A stretch of 24,000 nt of DNA from an uncultured Collinsella sp. (lineage in GTDB: Bacteria > Actinomycetota > Coriobacteriia > Coriobacteriales > Coriobacteriaceae). The stretch's first letter is position 1. Every line of letters begins with the position of its first letter. Below, piece by piece: positions 18,369-24,000 of this stretch. Below the pieces are notes generated by a model. That model saw only the letters and a program-made list of their open reading frames with translations. It was not told where the DNA came from and did no database searches. The stretch lies in assembly GCA_949285915.1 (NCBI GenBank), contig CASDZW010000001.1, positions 14,480-38,479 of the forward strand, in the 5' to 3' direction. The translations under genes and the position numbers were made by a program.

Positions 18369-19724
18369 ATGGAGAGCTCGCTTGGAAACCTGCTGTTCGT
18401 AACGCTCGGCTGCGCCAAGAACGAGGTGGATACCGACCGCATGCGCTCGCTGCTCGCGGCCGGCGGTTATAGGGAAGTCGATTCGGTCGAGGATGCCGAT
18501 GCCGTCCTCATCAACACCTGCTCATTTCTTGCGTCTGCGACGTCGGAGAGTATCGAGTGCACGCTCGATGTCGCTGACGAGGTAGCGGGCGGCGTGCGCG
18601 GCGCCCGCATCATCATGTGCGGCTGCTTGCCTTCGCGTTACGGCGATGAGCTTGCCGGCGAGCTTCCCGAGGTCGCCGCCTTTGTGCGCACCGATGAGGA
18701 GGACGCGATCGTATCGGTCGTCGACGGCGTGCTGGGCGTATCGCGCCCCGAGCCCGCCTTCATCCCCGGTGTCAAGCGCACCGTCGAGGGTGCCGTGGCC
18801 TATCTGAAGATCTCCGACGGATGCAACCGCTTCTGCAGCTTCTGCGCCATTCCTTACATCCGCGGTCGCTACCGCTCCCGTTCCGCAGAGGCCATCGTCG
18901 CGGAGGCGCGCGAGCTTCTGGCGGGCGGCGTGCGCGAGCTCGTGCTCATCGGCCAGGATACCGGTATCTGGGGCAAGGACCTTCCCAAGGATACGGAGGG
19001 GCCGGTAACCCTTGCCCAGCTTCTTCGTGCGGTGGCGGCGGAGGCCCGTCCGTATGGGGCGTGGGTGCGCGTTCTCTACCTGCAGCCCGAGGGCATGACC
19101 GATGAGCTTATCGCCACGATCCGTGACGTCGACGAGGTGCTGCCCTATATCGATATCCCGGTCCAGCACTGCAACCCCCGCATTCTGCGCGCCATGAACC
19201 GCACGGGCTCTGCGGAGGAGTTTGAGGAGCTGTTCTGCCGTCTGCGCAAGGAGATCCCCGGGATGGTCATTCGCTCGACCGCGCTCGTGGGTTTCCCCTC
19301 CGAGACCGACGAGGAGTTCGAGGAGCTCCTCGGCTTCATGGACCGCGTGGGCTTTGACTACACGAGCGTGTTTGCCTACTCGCAGGAGGAGGGGACCGCT
19401 GCCGCGCGCCTCGACGACCAGATCGACGAGGAGACCAAGGTCGAGCGCGCCCAGGCGGCCACCGACCTTGCCGAGGCGCTCGGCTTCGCGGCCACCGCAG
19501 CCCATGTGGGGGAGCGGGCCCGTGTCATCGTCGACGGCGTGGAGGAGACCGAGGACGGCGTCGAGCTCATCGGTCACGCATGGTTCCAGGCGCCCGATTC
19601 CGACGGTGCGGTGCATCTGGACGCCACCGAGGCCGCCGTTGGTGATATCGTAGAGGTCGAGTTTACCGACAGCTTCTGCTATGAGCTCGTCGGGCATGTG
19701 GTCGATGAGGAGACGGCTAAATGA
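18369..19724 (+). CDS. rimO: Ribosomal protein uS12 methylthiotransferase RimO
   Basis: MTTase N-domain (TLGCAKNEVD, INTCSF), radical SAM CNRFCSFC and a TRAM C-terminus. ATG 18369 lies 8 nt after AAAGGTG. GTG 18348 from the track is the in-frame alternative. Confidence 0.88.
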   Translation: MESSLGNLLFVTLGCAKNEVDTDRMRSLLAAGGYREVDSVEDADAVLINTCSFLASATSESIECTLDVADEVAGGVRGARIIMCGCLPSRYGDELAGELPEVAAFVRTDEEDAIVSVVDGVLGVSRPEPAFIPGVKRTVEGAVAYLKISDGCNRFCSFCAIPYIRGRYRSRSAEAIVAEARELLAGGVRELVLIGQDTGIWGKDLPKDTEGPVTLAQLLRAVAAEARPYGAWVRVLYLQPEGMTDELIATIRDVDEVLPYIDIPVQHCNPRILRAMNRTGSAEEFEELFCRLRKEIPGMVIRSTALVGFPSETDEEFEELLGFMDRVGFDYTSVFAYSQEEGTAAARLDDQIDEETKVERAQAATDLAEALGFAATAAHVGERARVIVDGVEETEDGVELIGHAWFQAPDSDGAVHLDATEAAVGDIVEVEFTDSFCYELVGHVVDEETAK

Positions 19725-20335
19725 GCAACGCACCGCAGCATGAGCTAACGAGCATCTGGACACCGGCGAACATCGTCACCTGCGTCCGTATCGTCTTCAT
19801 CCCGGTCTTCATGCTGTTCGCAACCGACGCGTTCTCTTTTCTGGGGCTCACGGGCGGCGTCCAGGCGGTCATTGCGTTTTGCCTGTACATGCTCTTGAGC
19901 TGCACGGACAAGGTGGACGGCGAGCTGGCGCGCAAGCGCGGCGAGGTCACGGACTTCGGTAAGTTCCTCGACCCCATCGCCGACAAACTGCTTGTGTTCT
20001 CTGCGCTTCTGCTGTTCCTCGTTTGGGACATGGTGAGCGTGTGGGTGGTGTTCATCATCCTGCTCCGCGAGTTTCTGGTGAGCGCGCTTCGCATGGTGGC
20101 GAGCGCCGCGGGAGAGGTCATCGCGGCGGACAAGCTCGGTAAGGCCAAGACCGCGGTTACCATGGTTGCCATTTGCGCCCTTCTGCTGGCGCGCGCTATC
20201 TTTGCCTTTACGGGCGATATGTTCGATATGGTATGGATCATCGGACAGGCCCTTATGATCGCCGCGGTCGTACTCACCGTCGTCTCCGGCGGCCAGTACT
20301 TCTGGAACGCCCGCAAGATCGTTTTCCGCGTTTAG
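19721..20335 (+). CDS. pgsA: CDP-diacylglycerol--glycerol-3-phosphate 3-phosphatidyltransferase
   Basis: CDP-alcohol phosphatidyltransferase signature DKVDGELARKRGEVTDFGKFLDPIADK and multiple TM helices. ATGA overlap with the rimO stop. Confidence 0.92.
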   Translation: MSNAPQHELTSIWTPANIVTCVRIVFIPVFMLFATDAFSFLGLTGGVQAVIAFCLYMLLSCTDKVDGELARKRGEVTDFGKFLDPIADKLLVFSALLLFLVWDMVSVWVVFIILLREFLVSALRMVASAAGEVIAADKLGKAKTAVTMVAICALLLARAIFAFTGDMFDMVWIIGQALMIAAVVLTVVSGGQYFWNARKIVFRV

Positions 20336-20343
20336 GCGTGACC

Positions 20344-20844
20344 ATGGTGGAGTTCGAGGACCGCGCGCGCGAGGCCGCGCATAAGCTGGTTGTTGCTGCT
20401 GCGGCATGCGGCGCTACCGTCGCCACGGCCGAGTCGTGCACGGCTGGTCTTGTGGCGTCCACGATCGCTTCCGTCCCCGGCGCCTCAGATGTCCTTCGCG
20501 GCGGCGCGGTCACCTATGTCGACGAGATAAAGAACCGTGTTCTTGGCGTGTCGAGCGAAACCCTCGAGCGCTATACGGCGGTCTCGAGCCCCTGCGCGCG
20601 CGAGATGGCGGAGGGTGCTCGCGCGCTCTTTCAGGTGAGTGCCGCGGTGAGCGTTACCGGCTACGCGGGCCCTGGCGGTGGCACGGCGGAAGACCCCGTG
20701 GGAACCGTGTACTTCGGCATCTCTACCGAGAGCGGCGCCGAGACCTATCGCCGCGTTTTCGCCGGCTCGCGTGACGAGGTGCGCTGGCAGGCTGCCGCCT
20801 TCGCGCTCGAGCTTCTTTGCGGCGCCTGTGATGGTTTGATGTGA
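20344..20844 (+). CDS. CinA C-terminal domain protein / nicotinamide-nucleotide amidohydrolase PncC-like
   Basis: Motifs TAESCTAGL, GGAVTYV and VTGYAGP of the CinA-C (PncC) domain, with no N-terminal MoCF-type domain. ATG 20344 (or GTG 20338) was chosen. Track start 20173 overlaps pgsA and encodes Arg-rich junk. Confidence 0.86.
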   Translation: MVEFEDRAREAAHKLVVAAAACGATVATAESCTAGLVASTIASVPGASDVLRGGAVTYVDEIKNRVLGVSSETLERYTAVSSPCAREMAEGARALFQVSAAVSVTGYAGPGGGTAEDPVGTVYFGISTESGAETYRRVFAGSRDEVRWQAAAFALELLCGACDGLM

Positions 20845-21042
20845 ATCGATAAGCTCTGATGTCCGCGCGCCGGCTCTACGCGCGTAAACTCCGCGTTTCT
20901 TTGCAAGGTCCCTACCTGCGGAAACGGGCATGTTTTGCCCCGGAGTTAGAAAGCTTTCAGATATCGTTCAAGCGTCTGTGAGGTTTCGGTTGGACGGAGC
21001 GCGTATTCTGTTTGACCTCGCCGGTAAACTGAATCTGTTCGC

Positions 21043-21071
21043 TTGACGACGAACAACCGTTCGTTTACTAT
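21043..21071 (+). promoter_or_regulatory. recA promoter (TTGACG-N17-TACTAT)
   Basis: -35 TTGACG (21043-21048), exact 17-nt spacer, -10 TACTAT (21066-21071). The predicted TSS lies about 20-25 nt before ATG 21101, with SD GAGGAGG at 21088-21094. Confidence 0.7.
21049..21064 (+). promoter_or_regulatory. LexA operator (SOS / Cheo-type box) ACGAAC-N4-GTTCGT
   Basis: Perfect 6+4+6 palindrome ACGAACAACCGTTCGT. It matches the Gram-positive/actinobacterial GAAC-N4-GTTC consensus and lies entirely within the recA promoter spacer. Confidence 0.72.
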
Positions 21072-21100
21072 CGATAGCAGGTTCATCGAGGAGGTTTCCC

Positions 21101-22189
<1,089 letters not shown>

Positions 22190-22193
22190 CTAG

Positions 22194-22859
22194 ATGGTTG
22201 CATCCATCCGCGCGGTCTCGTACCGACTTCCCACCAAGGCGGACCGCGCATCGGCGCAGTACCGCCGTTCGAAACCGCGCGCTGAGGTCGTGTTCGAGCC
22301 TGAGGCGGGGGAGGACCTTTCCTTCTCCGTCCCGCCTCGGGTGGCGCGCGCATTTGCCAAGACCGACATCGTTTTTCCCGCGTCCTACGAATTCTTGCGT
22401 GACGAGCTGATGCGTGTCGATGCGCGCGAGTGCTTCGCCGCGCTCGTAGAGGCCCTGTCGCGCAGGGACTACGGCGTCGCCGAGATATCGGAGAAGCTGC
22501 GCCTCATGGGTTTTAGGTCCCGTTCCATCGAGGCGGCGGTCGAGCGGGCGCGCGAGGCGCGCTATCTCGATGACGCGCGCTATCTCCGGCAGTTCATCGA
22601 GGAGCGCAAGCGCCGCGGCTGGGGCAGGCGAAAAATCGAGCTCGAGCTCAAGCGGCGCGGTGAGGACCCCTACACGTTGGATGACTATCCGGGTGCCTAT
22701 TTCAGCCAGGATGAGGACCTCGAGCGCGCCCGAGGGCTTCTCGCGCGCAAGACGGTTCCCGATGCCCGCGCATTCGAAAAACTCACCCGGTTTCTCATGG
22801 CAAAGGGCTTCTCGTACAGCGTAGCTTCGAGTGCAGTCAAGGAACGTCTTGGCGAGTGA
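22194..22859 (+). CDS. recX: Recombination regulator RecX
   Basis: 221-aa ORF 4 nt after the recA stop. Repeated three-helix RecX modules (YGVAEISEKLRLMGF, RYLDDARYLRQFIEERKRRGWGRRKIELELKRRG, FEKLTRFLMAKGFSY). Confidence 0.86.
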   Translation: MVASIRAVSYRLPTKADRASAQYRRSKPRAEVVFEPEAGEDLSFSVPPRVARAFAKTDIVFPASYEFLRDELMRVDARECFAALVEALSRRDYGVAEISEKLRLMGFRSRSIEAAVERAREARYLDDARYLRQFIEERKRRGWGRRKIELELKRRGEDPYTLDDYPGAYFSQDEDLERARGLLARKTVPDARAFEKLTRFLMAKGFSYSVASSAVKERLGE

Positions 22860-22913
22860 CCCAGATAGAGCCTGCATCGTGGGCAAACCTTGGTCTTGAC
22901 GCTCCGTTTACAA

Positions 22914-22942
22914 TTGACAGTTCGAGCGGCTCCACGTAGACT
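22914..22942 (+). promoter_or_regulatory. Candidate promoter for rny (TTGACA-N17-TAGACT)
   Basis: Consensus -35 TTGACA (22914-22919), 17-nt spacer, -10 TAGACT (22937-22942). This implies a leader of roughly 140 nt before ATG 23092. Confidence 0.5.
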
Positions 22943-23036
22943 GAAAAGGTCATTTGCCTTGTGATATACGCTCATCCTCGATGAGATTAACGATATGGCT
23001 TATTTTCATAGCGGGTGGTTATACCACGCAAATGTC

Positions 23037-23061
23037 CGGCTCGCTTCTTGCGGGCTGTTTT
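23037..23061 (+). terminator. Terminator-like / attenuator-like hairpin in the rny leader
   Basis: CGGCTCGC (23037-23044), loop TTCTT, GCGGGCTG (23050-23057). The stem has 8 bp (6 Watson-Crick, 2 G-U) and is followed by TTTT (23058-23061). It lies 30 nt upstream of the rny start and about 180 nt downstream of the recX stop. Confidence 0.4.
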
Positions 23062-23091
23062 AATCTGACATGAAATGTTTAAGGAGTAGGC

Positions 23092-24000
23092 ATGGAGATC
23101 ATTATCGGTATCGTCTGCCTGGCACTTGGTGCCGGTGGTACCGCCGTCGCCATGCGCAGCGCCAAGCAGGGAAGCCTCCGCGAGGCCGATTCGAAGCTCG
23201 AGTCGGCGCGCACCCAGGCAGACCAGATGATCGGCGACGCGCAGCGACAGGCCGAGACTCTGAAGAAGGAAGCGCTTCTCGAGGCCAAGGAGGAGATCCT
23301 CCAGAGCAAGCAGGCCGCCGAGGCGGAGGAGAAGCAGCGCAAGAAGGAACTTCGTACCCTCGAGAACCGCATCATGCAGCGTGAGGAGTCCCTCGACCGC
23401 CGCAACGACGCCCTCGACAAGCGTGAGCATCAGCTCTCCAGCCAAGCCGGTCAGGTCGAGAAGCGCAGCCGCGAGCTCGACGAGCTCGTCCAGAAGCAGA
23501 CCGCCGAGCTCGAGCGCATCTCCGAGCTCACGCGCGAGGATGCTCACCAGGAGCTTCTCGAGAAGGTGCGTGGCGAGGTCACGCACGAGGCCGCTGCCAT
23601 CATCCGCGAGTCCGAGCAGAAGGTAAAGGCCGAGTGCCATAAGACCGCTCAGGAGATCATCTCGCTGGCTATCCAGCGCTGCGCCGCGGATCACACCGCC
23701 GAGGTGACCGTCACCTCGGTGCACATCCCCTCCGATGACCTCAAGGGTCGCATCATCGGTCGCGAGGGCCGCAACATCCGCACCTTCGAGCAGGTCTCCG
23801 GCGTGAACCTCGTCATCGACGACACGCCCGAGACGGTTGTGCTCTCCAGTTTCGACCCGGTCCGTCGTGAGACCGCCCGCGTGGCGCTCGAGAACCTTAT
23901 CGCCGACGGCCGCATCCATCCGGCTCGCATCGAGGAGATGTATCAGAAGGCGTCCGCCCTCGTGCAGCAGCGCGTGCGCGAGGCCGGCGAGCAGGCGGCC
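23092..24000 (+). CDS. rny: Ribonuclease Y (5' portion; continues beyond the window)
   Basis: My own translation of frame 1 from ATG 23092 (SD AAGGAG at 23081-23086) stays open for 303 codons to the window edge. It shows an N-terminal [22 protein letters not shown], a long charged coiled coil and the KH motif [22 protein letters not shown]. It is missing from the ORF track because no stop codon falls in the window. Confidence 0.92.
   Translation, partial: MEIIIGIVCLALGAGGTAVAMRSAKQGSLREADSKLESARTQADQMIGDAQRQAETLKKEALLEAKEEILQSKQAAEAEEKQRKKELRTLENRIMQREESLDRRNDALDKREHQLSSQAGQVEKRSRELDELVQKQTAELERISELTREDAHQELLEKVRGEVTHEAAAIIRESEQKVKAECHKTAQEIISLAIQRCAADHTAEVTVTSVHIPSDDLKGRIIGREGRNIRTFEQVSGVNLVIDDTPETVVLSSFDPVRRETARVALENLIADGRIHPARIEEMYQKASALVQQRVREAGEQAA

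Noticed and set aside
20859-20981. 40-codon ORF (MSARRLYARKLRVSLQGPYLRKRACFAPELESFQISFKRL) in the cinA-recA spacer.
   Set aside because: It has no Shine-Dalgarno sequence, its codon usage lacks the GC3 bias of real genes here, and it overlaps the predicted RNA hairpins. I treat it as non-coding unless ribosome profiling says otherwise.
22697-22975. 92-aa minus-strand ORF spanning the recX 3' end and part of the recX-rny spacer. Also a 71-aa minus ORF at 12024-12239 and a 79-aa minus ORF at 11742-11981.
   Set aside because: These are mostly antisense to supported genes, with basic low-complexity products and no SD or promoter context.
22995-23063. 22-codon mini-ORF in the rny leader, ending inside the U-tract of the terminator-like hairpin (possible leader peptide).
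   Set aside because: It has no SD and no run of regulatory codons (such as repeated Trp/His/Leu) that would support classical leader-peptide attenuation. I mention it only as context for the leader finding.

Overview
GC-rich window with strong GC3 bias. It holds 22 protein-coding genes, all on the + strand and many translationally coupled: TAGTG at lepA/dus, an 8-nt overlap at mtaB/phoH, TGATG at ftsK/rodZ-like, ATGA at rimO/pgsA. Gene order is rpsT, lepA, dus, hemW, a DnaJ-like gene, dnaJ, mtaB, phoH, ybeY, dgkA, era, recO, rnj, ftsK, a rodZ-like gene, yajQ, rimO, pgsA, cinA-C/pncC, recA, recX, rny (3' truncated by the window edge and absent from the ORF track). This is conserved core synteny for translation, RNA metabolism, chaperones, division and recombination. 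Firmicute-type gene order plus RNase Y and RNase J in a high-GC genome suggests a Coriobacteriia-like actinobacterium; this is inference only. I see no mobile element, CRISPR array, tRNA/rRNA, toxin-antitoxin pair or defence-island signature, so I cannot support a claim of a novel multi-gene system. All long minus-strand and off-frame ORFs look like GC-driven shadow ORFs. The most unusual item is a type-I-like DnaJ paralog whose C-terminal domain II and dimerisation region are replaced by 2-3 predicted transmembrane helices. It sits where hrcA(-grpE-dnaK) normally lies between hemW and dnaJ, and no CIRCE element is visible. Other items worth a second look: a recA promoter with a perfect LexA (Cheo-type) box inside its 17-nt spacer plus a third half-site; a long structured rny leader ending in a terminator-like hairpin just before the RBS; a four-fold TTLI motif in the FtsK linker; a RodZ-like protein with an internal ERRxSGRG repeat; an acidic N-terminal extension on Era; structured AT-richer spacers before rnj and recA.
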